A stretch of 64,000 nt of DNA. It comes from a phage. A program made the position numbers and the translations under genes. Positions 23,710 through 33,399 of this stretch are shown piece by piece; position 1 is the stretch's first letter, and the number at the start of each line of letters is the position of its first letter. The stretch is taken from sequence record PQ724394.1; one strand, given 5' to 3'. Below the pieces are notes generated by a model, which had not been told where the DNA came from, searched no databases, and saw only the letters and a list, made by a program, of their open reading frames with translations.

Positions 23710-23984
23710 TGGAAGATTTAATCGAAGCTATTAAATCAAACGACCTCGTAGCAGTTCGTAAAGCAGCAGCCCCGCTTATCGAATCTCGAGTAGCCGCTTT
23801 GATTGAAGCCCGTAAAGCAGAAATTGCTCGCTCCGTTATGATTGAAGGCGAAGAAGCCGACGAAGATGACGAAGACGAAGATAAAGACGAAAAATCCGAT
23901 AAAGCAGATAAGAAAGACAAAAAAGAATCTGACGATGCGGATGAAGGTGATGACGGCGATGATGAAGACGAGGACGACGAATAA
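23709..23984 (+). CDS. 67: prohead core protein gp67 (acidic)
   Basis: 91 aa with strongly acidic C-terminus; position between 20 and 68; ATGA-type overlap. Confidence 0.7.
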   Translation: MEDLIEAIKSNDLVAVRKAAAPLIESRVAALIEARKAEIARSVMIEGEEADEDDEDEDKDEKSDKADKKDKKESDDADEGDDGDDEDEDDE

Positions 23985-24412
23985 TGTTCCTTATCCCTGA
24001 TGATTACGAATTAACTCTAGAAAGCGTAGAGGCCAAAATTCCAGAAGCACAGGGACGTTTTGCTACTCTTTCTGAAGCCCTCGAGAAAAGCGATATAAAT
24101 AATCTTGTAGAGAACATGATTGCTGATGGTGATATCGATACCGCTATTGCCATCGCCTCTTTGAATGAAAATATGGCTCTTAACGAATTTATCGTTAAGC
24201 ACGTCTCTTCTAAAGGTGAGCTTACTCGTACTAAAGATATTAAAACCCGTCAACGCAACGCTTATCAAACGACCGGGTTGTCTAAAGCAAAACGCCGTCA
24301 GATTGCTCGCAAAGCATCTAAAACCAAACGTGCTAATCCATCTATTCAAGTACGTGCCGAACGTAAGCGTAAGAAAGCTCGTTCTAAACGTAAAGCCTTT
24401 GGACTTAACTAA
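23984..24412 (+). CDS. 68: prohead core protein gp68
   Basis: 142 aa (T4 gp68 141 aa); synteny. Confidence 0.7.
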   Translation: MFLIPDDYELTLESVEAKIPEAQGRFATLSEALEKSDINNLVENMIADGDIDTAIAIASLNENMALNEFIVKHVSSKGELTRTKDIKTRQRNAYQTTGLSKAKRRQIARKASKTKRANPSIQVRAERKRKKARSKRKAFGLN

Positions 24413-25047
24413 TGAAACCTGAATTGCTCATCGAACATTGGGGACAACCAGGTGAAATTATCGATGGGGTTCCGATGTTGGAATCTCATGATGGAAAAGA
24501 TTCTGGACTTGCCCCAGGCCTTTATATAGAAGGCATATTCATGCAAGCCGAAGTGGTTAACCGTAATAAACGCCTTTATCCGAAACCTATTTTGGAAAAA
24601 GCTGTTGCTGATTATATGGCAGAACAGGTTGCTACTAAACAAGCTTTAGGAGAATTAAATCATCCGCCTCGTGCTAACGTCGACCCTATGCAAGCCGCTA
24701 TTATTATTGAAGATATGTGGTGGAAAGGTAATGACGTTTATGGACGTGCTCGTATTATTGAAGGCGACCATGGTCCTGGTGATAAACTAGCTGCTAATAT
24801 TAGAGCCGGTTGGGTGCCTGGTGTTAGTTCTCGTGGTCTAGGTTCTTTAACCGAAACCAATAAAGGATATAAGCGTGTAAACGAAGGTTATAAATTAACC
24901 GTCGGTGTTGATGCAGTATGGGGTCCATCTGCTCCTGATGCTTATGTAACTCCTAAACAAATTACAGAATCACAAACGGTAGATACCGATACCAGTGCCG
25001 ATGACGCCTTTATGGCTCTCGCAGAGGCCATGAAAAAAGCGTTATAA
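24412..25047 (+). CDS. 21: prohead core protease gp21
   Basis: 211 aa (T4 gp21 212 aa); synteny directly upstream of scaffold and capsid genes. Confidence 0.85.
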   Translation: MKPELLIEHWGQPGEIIDGVPMLESHDGKDSGLAPGLYIEGIFMQAEVVNRNKRLYPKPILEKAVADYMAEQVATKQALGELNHPPRANVDPMQAAIIIEDMWWKGNDVYGRARIIEGDHGPGDKLAANIRAGWVPGVSSRGLGSLTETNKGYKRVNEGYKLTVGVDAVWGPSAPDAYVTPKQITESQTVDTDTSADDAFMALAEAMKKAL

Positions 25048-25050
25048 ATA
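25043..25050 (+). promoter_or_regulatory. T4-type late promoter (TATAAATA) for gene 22
   Basis: Exact TATAAATA overlapping the gene 21 stop, about 28 nt upstream of the gene 22 ATG. Confidence 0.6.
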
Positions 25051-25077
25051 TTATTATCTAAACAACAGGACTACAAA

Positions 25078-25893
25078 ATGCTTAAAGAACAACTGATCGC
25101 CGAAGCACAGAATATTGATGCTTCCGTTGCTCTTGACAGTATTTTCGAATCAGTTAATATTTCTCCGGAAGCAAAAGAAACTTTCGGCACTGTATTCGAA
25201 GCTACCGTCAAGCAACATGCCGTTAAACTGGCTGAATCTCACATCGCTAAAATCGCTGAAAAAGCGGAAGAAGAAGTTGAGAAAAATAAAGAAGAAGCTG
25301 AAGAAAAAGCTGATAAGAAAATCCAAGAAGCTGCCGGTCGTTTCCTTGACCATGTTGCTAAAGAATGGATGGCTGAAAACCAGCTGGCTGTTGATAAAGG
25401 TATTAAAGCCGAACTGTTCGAATCCATGTTGATGGGTATGAAAGAACTGTTTGTTGAACATAACGTGGTTGTTCCAGAAGAAGCAGTAGACGTTGTCGCT
25501 GAAATGGAAGAAGAATTGGCTGAACAGAAAGCTGAAACCGCTCGTTTGTTCGAAGAAGTTGGCAAGCGTGACGCATATATTAATTACGTACAGCGTGAAC
25601 AAGCTGTTATGGAAGCAACTAAAGACCTGACTGAATCTCAGAAAGAAAAAGTTAGTTCTCTGGTAGAAGGCATGGATTATTCCGATGCATTTGGTAAAAA
25701 AATTGGCGCTATCGTTGAAATGGTTAAAGGCCAGACTGACGTTGAAAAACCAATCACCGAAGCCGCTATAAATAAAACTGAAGACGATGCTGCAGCACTG
25801 AATTACATTTCGGAAGCAGTTGAAGAAAAAGGCGCTAAGCCTACCCTGTCCTTCGCGGACCTGTCTGCAATCGCAGCATCTCGAATTTCTTAA
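25078..25893 (+). CDS. 22: prohead scaffolding core protein gp22
   Basis: 271 aa, Glu/Lys/Ala-rich coiled-coil; T4 gp22 269 aa; synteny. Confidence 0.85.
   Translation: MLKEQLIAEAQNIDASVALDSIFESVNISPEAKETFGTVFEATVKQHAVKLAESHIAKIAEKAEEEVEKNKEEAEEKADKKIQEAAGRFLDHVAKEWMAENQLAVDKGIKAELFESMLMGMKELFVEHNVVVPEEAVDVVAEMEEELAEQKAETARLFEEVGKRDAYINYVQREQAVMEATKDLTESQKEKVSSLVEGMDYSDAFGKKIGAIVEMVKGQTDVEKPITEAAINKTEDDAAALNYISEAVEEKGAKPTLSFADLSAIAASRIS
25767..25774 (+). promoter_or_regulatory. candidate late promoter for gene 23 located inside the 3' end of gene 22
   Basis: Exact TATAAATA about 140 nt upstream of the gene 23 ATG; no TATAAATA in the short 22-23 intergenic spacer. Confidence 0.35.
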
Positions 25894-25914
25894 TTTAATA
25901 AGGTTATACAACAC

Positions 25915-27474
25915 ATGAAAAAGAATGCATTAGTTCAAAAATGGTCCGCTCTGCTGGAAAACGAAGCTCTTCCTGAAATCGTTGGTGCTTCTAAACAAGC
26001 TATCATCGCTAAAATTTTCGAAAACCAGGAACAAGACATCCTGACTGCTCCGGAATACCGTGACGAAAAAATCTCTGAAGCATTTGGTTCTTTCCTGACC
26101 GAAGCTGAAATCGGTGGTGACCATGGTTATGATGCTACCAATATTGCAGCGGGCCAGACCTCTGGTGCTGTAACTCAGATTGGGCCGGCAGTAATGGGTA
26201 TGGTTCGTCGTGCTATTCCTCATCTGATTGCTTTTGATATTTGTGGTGTTCAGCCTCTGAATAACCCTACCGGCCAGGTATTTGCACTGCGTGCAGTATA
26301 TGGTAAAGACCCTATCGCTGCAGGCGCTAAAGAAGCTTTCCATCCGATGTATGCTCCGAATGCTATGTTCTCTGGTCAGGGCGCTGCTCAGACTTTTGAA
26401 GCACTGGCTGCAGGTAAAGTTCTGGAAGTTGGTAAAATTTATTCTCACTTCTTCGAATCTACCGGTTCTGCACACTTCCAGGCTGTTGAAGCCGTAACCG
26501 TTGATGCTGCTGCTACCGATGCTGCTAAACTGGATGTTGCCGTAACTGCTCTGTTGGAAGCTGGCCAGCTGGCTGAATTGGCTGAAGGTATGGCTACTTC
26601 TATCGCTGAACTTCAGGAAGGCTTTAACGGTTCTCAGGACAACCCGTGGAACGAAATGGGCTTCCGTATCGATAAACAAGTTATCGAAGCTAAATCCCGT
26701 CAGCTGAAAGCAAGCTATTCCATCGAACTGGCACAGGACCTTCGTGCAGTACACGGTATGGATGCAGATGCTGAACTGTCCGGTATCCTTGCTACCGAAA
26801 TTATGCTCGAAATCAACCGTGAAGTTATCGATTGGATTAACTACTCTGCACAGGTTGGTAAATCTGGTATGACCAACACCGTTGGCGCTAAAGCTGGTGT
26901 GTTTGACTTCCAGGACCCGATTGATATCCGTGGTGCTCGTTGGGCCGGTGAGAGCTTTAAAGCCCTTCTGTTCCAGATTGATAAAGAAGCAGCCGAAATC
27001 GCTCGTCAGACCGGTCGTGGTGCTGGTAACTTCATCATCGCTTCCCGTAACGTAGTTAACGTACTGGCTGCAGTTGATACTTCTGTAAGTTATGCAGCTC
27101 AAGGTCTGGGTCAGGGTTTCAACGTTGACACAACCAAAGCAGTATTTGCCGGTGTTCTTGGTGGTAAATATCGTGTTTACATCGACCAGTATGCTCGTTC
27201 CGATTACTTCACCATCGGTTATAAAGGTTCCAACGAAATGGACGCAGGTATCTACTATGCTCCGTACGTTGCACTGACTCCGCTGCGTGGTTCCGATCCG
27301 AAGAACTTCCAACCGGTAATGGGCTTCAAAACTCGTTACGGTATCGGTATTAACCCGTTCGCTGACCCAGCTGCTCAGGCACCTACCAAACGTATTCAGA
27401 ATGGTATGCCGGACATCGTTAACAGCCTTGGTCTGAATGGTTACTTTAGACGTGTATATGTGAAAGGTATCTAA
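25915..27474 (+). CDS. 23: major capsid protein gp23
   Basis: 519 aa (T4 gp23 521 aa); strongly biased codon usage and Ala/Gly-rich sequence typical of a highly expressed capsid protein; synteny. Confidence 0.95.
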   Translation: MKKNALVQKWSALLENEALPEIVGASKQAIIAKIFENQEQDILTAPEYRDEKISEAFGSFLTEAEIGGDHGYDATNIAAGQTSGAVTQIGPAVMGMVRRAIPHLIAFDICGVQPLNNPTGQVFALRAVYGKDPIAAGAKEAFHPMYAPNAMFSGQGAAQTFEALAAGKVLEVGKIYSHFFESTGSAHFQAVEAVTVDAAATDAAKLDVAVTALLEAGQLAELAEGMATSIAELQEGFNGSQDNPWNEMGFRIDKQVIEAKSRQLKASYSIELAQDLRAVHGMDADAELSGILATEIMLEINREVIDWINYSAQVGKSGMTNTVGAKAGVFDFQDPIDIRGARWAGESFKALLFQIDKEAAEIARQTGRGAGNFIIASRNVVNVLAAVDTSVSYAAQGLGQGFNVDTTKAVFAGVLGGKYRVYIDQYARSDYFTIGYKGSNEMDAGIYYAPYVALTPLRGSDPKNFQPVMGFKTRYGIGINPFADPAAQAPTKRIQNGMPDIVNSLGLNGYFRRVYVKGI

Positions 27475-27490
27475 GACCTAACCTTATTAT

Positions 27491-27520
27491 GGGAGACTTC
27501 GGTCTCCCATTCTTGTTTCT
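27491..27520 (+). terminator. terminator hairpin after gene 23
   Basis: gggagac-ttcg-gtctccc followed by a T-rich tail. Confidence 0.65.
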
Positions 27521-27523
27521 GTA

Positions 27524-27790
27524 CTATGCAATCTTAACTCGACGGTTGATGATATCACGGAAGTCAATACGATTTTCTTGGATTTTAAGCCAGTTACCAG
27601 ATTTGTCTTTGGTATGGGTAGAATATTCGCCGTTCCACCAGAAGTCGGTTTCATAAGCCAGAGCTTCGTATTTCTTAACCAATGCATTAACTGCATTACC
27701 GTTAGGATTGGAACCATATTTTTCTACCAGAGCTTTGATGTCTTTGTCAAGGTTAGAAAGCGTGGTACGGATAAAGTTTAATTTGTTCAT
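27524..27790 (-). CDS. hypothetical small protein (88 aa) at the 23/24 junction
   Basis: Minus-strand ORF; internal ATG at 27790 preceded by AGGAGA; own sigma70-like promoter upstream. Confidence 0.5.
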   Translation of the reverse strand: MNKLNFIRTTLSNLDKDIKALVEKYGSNPNGNAVNALVKKYEALAYETDFWWNGEYSTHTKDKSGNWLKIQENRIDFRDIINRRVKIA

Positions 27791-27819
27791 TTTTAATCTC
27801 CTCATGTTTTGATAGGACT

Positions 27820-27849
27820 ATAGTAACACGTGGGAACCTTGCTGTAAAC
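27820..27849 (-). promoter_or_regulatory. sigma70-like early promoter candidate (GTTTAC-N18-TACTAT)
   Basis: Minus strand: GTTTAC (27849-27844), 18-nt spacer, TACTAT (27825-27820); same architecture recurs at 31845-31874 and 46843-46872. Confidence 0.45.
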
Positions 27850-27855
27850 AACTTT

Positions 27856-27863
27856 TATAAATA
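27856..27863 (+). promoter_or_regulatory. T4-type late promoter (TATAAATA) for gene 24
   Basis: Exact TATAAATA about 29 nt upstream of the gene 24 ATG. Confidence 0.6.
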
Positions 27864-27891
27864 AACATATACCCTCAATAAGGAAAGCGCA

Positions 27892-29175
27892 ATGGCAAAG
27901 ATTAACGAATTACTGCGCGAGTCAACAACTACTACCAGCAACTCATTGGGTCGCCCTAATCTTGTTGCTTTGACCCGTGCTACCACTAAACTAATTTATC
28001 GCGATATCATCGCTGAACAACGTACTAGTCAGCCTATTGCTGCATTGTATGGTGTCAAATATCTTACCCCTGATAATGAATTTAGTTTCCAAACTGGTGC
28101 TGTTTATGGTGGTGAAGTTGGTTCTAAAGACCGTGAAACTATCCCAGAACTCACAGATAAAGCCCAGGCGATTGCCAAGGGTGACTACTTTAAGTATCAG
28201 AATGTGGTTTATAAGGCTCTTCAAGCAAGCCCACTCGCATCCACTAGCGCTACAGAATTGGCTGATGCTCTTCAAGAAGGTTTGGTGTCATTAACGTGTC
28301 GTTTGGTTCCTGATGCGGCGCATACCACTAAATTCGAAGCGAGTGATGTAGAAATCTCTGATGCTGTATTCCAGGTTAATAAATGGAATGCTCCTGTTAA
28401 GACCCGTAAATTGAAGACTGCTTTGACCGTAGAATTAGCACAGGATATGGAATCAAATGGCTTTGACGCCCCTGCGTTCTTAGAAGACCTCCTGGCTACG
28501 GTAATGGCAGATGAAATTAATAAAGACGTTCTACAATCTCTAATAACCGTATCTAAACGCTATAAAGTTACGGGCGTATCTGATAATGGTATTATTGATT
28601 TGACTTATGATAGTGCTCCGGAATCTGCACGTAAACTTTATGAAATTGTGTGTGAGATGAATTCTGAAATCCAGAAAACTACTTCTTATTCTGGTACGTT
28701 TGTTGTGGCTTCAAGTCGTGTGGCTGCAATGCTTGCAGGTTCTGGCTGGTTAAAACATAGACCTGAAGATAATAATTGGCTCCCGGAAACTGCCTATGGT
28801 TATTTGTTGAATGGATTACCTCTGTTCTGTGACGTTAACAGCCCATTGGATTATGTTATCGTAGGTGTTAAAGAGAATTATGGCGGAAATGAAGTCGTAG
28901 GCTCAATTTTCTATGCCCCGTATACAGAAGGCTTGGATTTAGACGACCCAGAACACGTCGGTGCTTATAAGGTTATTGTCGACCCGGATTCATTACAGCC
29001 TTCTATTTCTCTGATGGTTCGTTATGCACTGTCCGCTAACCCGTACACCGTAGCTAAAGACGATAAAGAAGCTCGTGTTATCGATGCAACCAATATGGAT
29101 TTAATGGCTGGTCAGAGTAATATGTCCTATCTGCTCGGTGTTAAACTTCCAGCAATTATTTACGAGGCTGATTAA
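27892..29175 (+). CDS. 24: capsid vertex protein gp24 (copy 1, T4-orthologous)
   Basis: 427 aa, same as T4 gp24; N-terminus MAKINELLRESTTT as in T4 gp24. Confidence 0.85.
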   Translation: MAKINELLRESTTTTSNSLGRPNLVALTRATTKLIYRDIIAEQRTSQPIAALYGVKYLTPDNEFSFQTGAVYGGEVGSKDRETIPELTDKAQAIAKGDYFKYQNVVYKALQASPLASTSATELADALQEGLVSLTCRLVPDAAHTTKFEASDVEISDAVFQVNKWNAPVKTRKLKTALTVELAQDMESNGFDAPAFLEDLLATVMADEINKDVLQSLITVSKRYKVTGVSDNGIIDLTYDSAPESARKLYEIVCEMNSEIQKTTSYSGTFVVASSRVAAMLAGSGWLKHRPEDNNWLPETAYGYLLNGLPLFCDVNSPLDYVIVGVKENYGGNEVVGSIFYAPYTEGLDLDDPEHVGAYKVIVDPDSLQPSISLMVRYALSANPYTVAKDDKEARVIDATNMDLMAGQSNMSYLLGVKLPAIIYEAD

Positions 29176-30455
29176 TGTCTAAGATTATAGACCTAATTAA
29201 AGAATCCACATTGACGGCTGCCAACTCGGTTGGCCGTCCTGCTCTTCTTTCATACACCCAAGCAACTAATAAACGAATCTTTAAAGCCCTAGTTGCTGAA
29301 CAAAAAACAAGCCAACCTGTTGCCGCTCTGTACGGGGTTCGTGTACTTAATCCTGACGACAAAATGACTTATCTTGGTGGCGCTACATTTGCAGGCCAGA
29401 TTGGTATGTCGGAACGTGAAAATATTCCTGAATTTACCGATTCGTCTACAGCTTATGCAGCCGGCGATATGTTCCAGTTTGAAAGTGTAGTGTTTAAAGT
29501 TCTAGAAGCATCTCCTTTCGCCGGAACCACAGAAACCGACCTAGGTGAAGTTATTTCTGAAGCAGTGGCAGCCGGACATATTCGTATGGTATCAGATGCT
29601 GCTATTACTTCTAAATTCGAACAAGGTCATCCCGAAATTGCTGAAGCAGGCTTCCGTATTGACAAATGGCAATCTGAAGTTAAATCACGTAAACTGAAAA
29701 CTTCATTGACAGTCGAATTAGCCCAAGACCTAGAATCAAACGGGTTTAATGCTCCTAATTTCATTGAAAATCTGCTAGGCATTCAAATGGCAGAAGAAAT
29801 TAATAAGGACGTATTACAGTCATTAATTACGGTGAGTTCTCGTTTTAAAGTCCAGGGTGTTTCTGAAAAGGGTGTATTAGACCTTACCAACCCACGTTAC
29901 GATAATGCCCAGGACCGTGCTCGTACATTATATTATTACATGTGTGAGATGAACTCTGCCGTCCAACGTCAAACTTCTTTCGCTGGGACTTATGCAGTAG
30001 CTAGTTCTCGTTGTGCTGCTATTCTCGCCGCTTCCGGTTGGGTTGAGAAAAAGGAAGACCAAGACGAACTGGCTTATGGTGTATTAAAGAATGGTCTGCC
30101 TCTTTATGCCGATATGAATAGTCCGTGTGATTATGTTATTGTTGGTGTAAATGCTCAGATGGGTGAAGGACAGACGGTCGCATCTTTATATTATGCGCCT
30201 TATACGGAAGGTTTGGATGTGGTTGATGAAGAAGGTGATACTTCAGTAGGTGAATTTAAGGTTATTGTTGACCCGGAAAGCTTACAACCTACAGTAGCAT
30301 TGCTTGCTCGTTATGCATTGACTGCAAACCCTTATACCGTCGCTAAGGACGATAAAGAAGCCCGCATTATTGATGGTTCTGATATGGACAAAATGGCTAA
30401 CCAAAGCCAGTTGAGTTCTTATCTTGGTGTTAAACTTCCACCTTTAGAAAAATAA
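29175..30455 (+). CDS. capsid vertex protein gp24 paralogue (copy 2, divergent)
   Basis: 426 aa, collinear with copy 1 at roughly 55-60 percent identity by eye; TAATG overlap with copy 1 stop. Confidence 0.8.
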   Translation: MSKIIDLIKESTLTAANSVGRPALLSYTQATNKRIFKALVAEQKTSQPVAALYGVRVLNPDDKMTYLGGATFAGQIGMSERENIPEFTDSSTAYAAGDMFQFESVVFKVLEASPFAGTTETDLGEVISEAVAAGHIRMVSDAAITSKFEQGHPEIAEAGFRIDKWQSEVKSRKLKTSLTVELAQDLESNGFNAPNFIENLLGIQMAEEINKDVLQSLITVSSRFKVQGVSEKGVLDLTNPRYDNAQDRARTLYYYMCEMNSAVQRQTSFAGTYAVASSRCAAILAASGWVEKKEDQDELAYGVLKNGLPLYADMNSPCDYVIVGVNAQMGEGQTVASLYYAPYTEGLDVVDEEGDTSVGEFKVIVDPESLQPTVALLARYALTANPYTVAKDDKEARIIDGSDMDKMANQSQLSSYLGVKLPPLEK

Positions 30456-30457
30456 AA

Positions 30458-30478
30458 GGGACCTCGCGGTCCCTTTAT
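30458..30478. terminator. bidirectional terminator between the second gene 24 copy and rnlB
   Basis: gggacc-tcgc-ggtccc flanked by an A-run upstream and T-run downstream; convergent genes on both sides. Confidence 0.7.
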
Positions 30479-30481
30479 TGT

Positions 30482-31489
30482 TTATTTGGATACTAATTCA
30501 ATCCACACAGCTCGTAGCGTATCTTTTACACACTCAACGAGCTGCTTTTTAACTTCAACAGGGTTTTCTGCATCGGTTAATTCTAATTCTTCACGGGCTG
30601 CCTCTTCCAAAATATCTTGGACCGTCAGTCCCATTACCTTTCCAAAATCTTTAGGTGATACTTCACCAATCTTACTGATAACGTTGTTAATACGGTTAAC
30701 AGTCACATAATCTGTGAATTGCCACATCAAGTCCATATCGTCTTGGGACAATACCACTGGAACCTTAATAGGCTTGTCAGACTTTTTCTTCTCGCTGAAT
30801 TTAGAGTTCTTACATTTAATAGCTACACGATTTCCGTTTGGAAGCCAAAGTGGGTAGCAAGGTTTTAATACATACCCTTCAGCCGTAAATACTTCGCCTT
30901 TTGCTTCAGACTTCCATACACGGGCATTAGCTTCAATTAACCCGACATTATCTACTGTAAAATTATAATCAGGAAGGACGGAATCTAAATCATTTGGCAA
31001 TTTAATAAGGTCTTCAAATTTACCACGACCTAAAAGTGGCGCCGTTTTAAATTTGAACGTCTTACAAAATGATTCCATCATATAATCGTCGACATAAGTC
31101 ACATCGCCACTTTCGGTGGTAACAATAATGTCAAATACATAAAAATCTTTATCACCGTAATCAACATTCTTCTGAATGCCTGTTCCAGCGAATTCACCGA
31201 AAACTTGATAAGATACGGCTGCCGAAGTTTCCATAATATCTTGTATGGATTTAATAGAATCGGCATAGTTCTTAAGTACAATTTCATAACCATAGAAATC
31301 TTCAGCAGGGAGAATTGGGCCAGTGCGCTTGGCGCATGTGACTGCGTCACGTTCTATGATTAAACTAAAGTTGGTTCCATGAATCTTCTCACGTGCTACC
31401 CATTCACCACCAGTCAAACCATTGGTACGGAGTTTTTCGATAAACTTACTGTTGTAGTGGTTTTCCAGACTGCTATATTTCTTGAACAT
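30482..31489 (-). CDS. rnlB: RNA ligase 2 (Rnl2)
   Basis: 335 aa; N-terminus [20 protein letters not shown] and nucleotidyltransferase motif KIHGTN match T4 Rnl2; same position after gene 24. Confidence 0.9.
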   Translation of the reverse strand: MFKKYSSLENHYNSKFIEKLRTNGLTGGEWVAREKIHGTNFSLIIERDAVTCAKRTGPILPAEDFYGYEIVLKNYADSIKSIQDIMETSAAVSYQVFGEFAGTGIQKNVDYGDKDFYVFDIIVTTESGDVTYVDDYMMESFCKTFKFKTAPLLGRGKFEDLIKLPNDLDSVLPDYNFTVDNVGLIEANARVWKSEAKGEVFTAEGYVLKPCYPLWLPNGNRVAIKCKNSKFSEKKKSDKPIKVPVVLSQDDMDLMWQFTDYVTVNRINNVISKIGEVSPKDFGKVMGLTVQDILEEAAREELELTDAENPVEVKKQLVECVKDTLRAVWIELVSK

Positions 31490-31575
31490 AAATCACCATA
31501 ATAAATATAATTAAATAGAAGAGCTAGTAATCTTCTGTCACCAAGCCAAATGGTTTAACGGAAGGACCTAGACCC

Positions 31576-31601
31576 ATTATAACATACCTAAATTTAAAGC
31601 A
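31576..31601 (-). promoter_or_regulatory. MotA-dependent middle promoter candidate upstream of rnlB
   Basis: Minus strand: MotA-box-like TGCTTTA, 13-nt spacer, TATAAT. Confidence 0.45.
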
Positions 31602-31603
31602 TA

Positions 31604-31816
31604 TTACTTTAGACCAAAAACGCGCTTTGCGCTGACTTTTTTGTTGTTTAATCTTTTACGATATACGACTTTCTCTCTTGCTTTAAACTTGGCCTTAGCA
31701 TTCTCAACTTCGGCCCAAGCTTTAGCCATATCTCTGGCAGTTCCGCCAATCTTTTTAGCAATATCAATAAAATTCATACCAGATTCATGTAAAAAATGTA
31801 CTTTAATCTTATCCAT
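31604..31816 (-). CDS. small basic protein with putative helix-turn-helix (70 aa)
   Basis: Minus-strand ORF; segment NFIDIAKKIGGTARDMAKAW resembles an HTH; basic C-terminus; position equivalent to the T4 24.2/24.3 region. Confidence 0.5.
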   Translation of the reverse strand: MDKIKVHFLHESGMNFIDIAKKIGGTARDMAKAWAEVENAKAKFKAREKVVYRKRLNNKKVSAKRVFGLK

Positions 31817-31844
31817 AACAATTCTCTTGTGATTTGACTATTCA

Positions 31845-31874
31845 ATAGTAACATGAGAATTTTAACTTGTAAAC
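31845..31874 (-). promoter_or_regulatory. sigma70-like early promoter candidate (GTTTAC-N18-TACTAT)
   Basis: Minus strand: GTTTAC (31874-31869), 18 nt, TACTAT (31850-31845), about 29 nt upstream of the ATG at 31816. Confidence 0.45.
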
Positions 31875-31884
31875 AGGAGATTTT

Positions 31885-33390
31885 ATGTCAGACAATCCAT
31901 TATACGGGCATGACGGTAGAGGTCACTTTAGAGGCGTATCATTAGTAGAAGTTCCGCAGGATAAATCATTGGAATTTGCAGACATACTCACTAGTGAAAG
32001 CACCTTAGACCCTACTATGTTGGATTCTTCTCAAAGTTATGGACTTGAATTTATAAAACAAGCTTCTAGGGAAGGCGCGTTGGCCCATTTAGGTATAACT
32101 AATGAGATGCTAACACCTGGTACTGAAGGTCCACAAGGCCCTAAAGGAGACCCAGGGCCGCAAGGTATTCAAGGTAACCCGGGTCCTAAAGGAGAAAAGG
32201 GCGAACCAGGACCAGCAGGTCCAGAAGGTCCTAAAGGAGACCCGGGTTCACCAGGAAAAGAAGGCCCTCAGGGTTTACAAGGGGCCCAAGGAGAAGTAGG
32301 ACCGCAAGGACCACAAGGTCCTATAGGCCCAGCAGGTTTGGTGTGGAAGGGAGCCTGGGATGAATCTACCCAATACTCTAAAGACGATGCAGTTGGATAC
32401 CAGGGAGCTTCTTATTTTTGCATCAGTTCTAATACAGGAACAATACCTCCTAGCGAAGGAGTTTGGGCGCTATTGGCTAATATCGGTGCACCAGGTCCTC
32501 AAGGACCAACCGGCCCAACCGGCCCTCAAGGTCCACAAGGCGCGCCAGGCCAAGATGGTAATGGGTTTATCTGGGCCGGAAACTGGGCCCTTGGTTCGTC
32601 TTATTATATAAACGATTTGGTCCAGTGCGAAGGGTCTTCTTGGATTTGTATCCAGGATAATATAGCAAATAATGATAGTTATCCCGGGAGTGGAGACCTG
32701 TGGGCCGATTATTGGAATTTATTTGTAAAAGAAGGGCGTCCAGGAAATCCCGGAGAAGATGGTGCACCTGGAGAGCAAGGCGCCCAAGGACCGCAAGGCG
32801 ACCCGGGTCCTAAAGGTGAAAAGGGCGAACCTGGGCCACAAGGTATTCAAGGTCCTATAGGGCCCGCAGGTGCTCCTGGTAAAGATGCAGTATTTGATGT
32901 TGATTCTTTAACCCAGTCTCAATTAAAATCTTTATATGATAAACTTTTCCCATTCTATCCACCTAGATATTGGAAAGGCTCTTTAAGATTTGATAAGCCT
33001 CTGAACACTTCAGAGTGGAAGGAAATACGTTTATGGGACCTTAATATGGTTCTTCATGTTCGTATGTATTCGTCTTTAGGCATCCATATAAGGGCTACTA
33101 ATGCGGGTCTTACCAACAGACTTGATATTAAAAGATTTACCAACTATGAAAACGGGATAGAATGCGCCAACTGGAGTAATGTTCTGTGGTCCTCAACTCC
33201 TGAATTATTCGACGATTTGGCTTATTCTAGTGCAAGACAATTTAACCGTTACGAAATATTTGACCGTGATACTAGAAAATACTACACTGTATCTGTGTTT
33301 ATTGTAGGCGGCCCTCTTAATACGACTACAGATATCCCTGTTGAAGTTTTATTTTCTGTCGAAGACCATACTAATATGAGCCCATTTTAA
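31885..33390 (+). CDS. collagen-like repeat protein with two tail-fibre-type W/Y/C-rich modules and a globular C-terminal domain
   Basis: 501 aa; three Gly-X-Y runs (about 24, 9 and 17 triplets) separated by two ~45-aa modules ([30 protein letters not shown] and [30 protein letters not shown]); GGAG ribosome-binding site. Confidence 0.75.
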   Translation: MSDNPLYGHDGRGHFRGVSLVEVPQDKSLEFADILTSESTLDPTMLDSSQSYGLEFIKQASREGALAHLGITNEMLTPGTEGPQGPKGDPGPQGIQGNPGPKGEKGEPGPAGPEGPKGDPGSPGKEGPQGLQGAQGEVGPQGPQGPIGPAGLVWKGAWDESTQYSKDDAVGYQGASYFCISSNTGTIPPSEGVWALLANIGAPGPQGPTGPTGPQGPQGAPGQDGNGFIWAGNWALGSSYYINDLVQCEGSSWICIQDNIANNDSYPGSGDLWADYWNLFVKEGRPGNPGEDGAPGEQGAQGPQGDPGPKGEKGEPGPQGIQGPIGPAGAPGKDAVFDVDSLTQSQLKSLYDKLFPFYPPRYWKGSLRFDKPLNTSEWKEIRLWDLNMVLHVRMYSSLGIHIRATNAGLTNRLDIKRFTNYENGIECANWSNVLWSSTPELFDDLAYSSARQFNRYEIFDRDTRKYYTVSVFIVGGPLNTTTDIPVEVLFSVEDHTNMSPF

Positions 33391-33399
33391 GGAGGTCGA

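Noticed and set aside
25150-27312. Long minus-strand ORFs (254 and 460 aa) antisense to genes 22 and 23
   Set aside because: Shadow ORFs opposite strongly identified, highly expressed scaffold and capsid genes; Phe/Ser/Cys-rich, implausible composition.
31615-31645. Hairpin plus T-run (gcgc-aaa-gcgc) initially read as a terminator
   Set aside because: It lies inside the 3' coding end of the 70-aa gene (31604-31816), so it is not an intergenic terminator.
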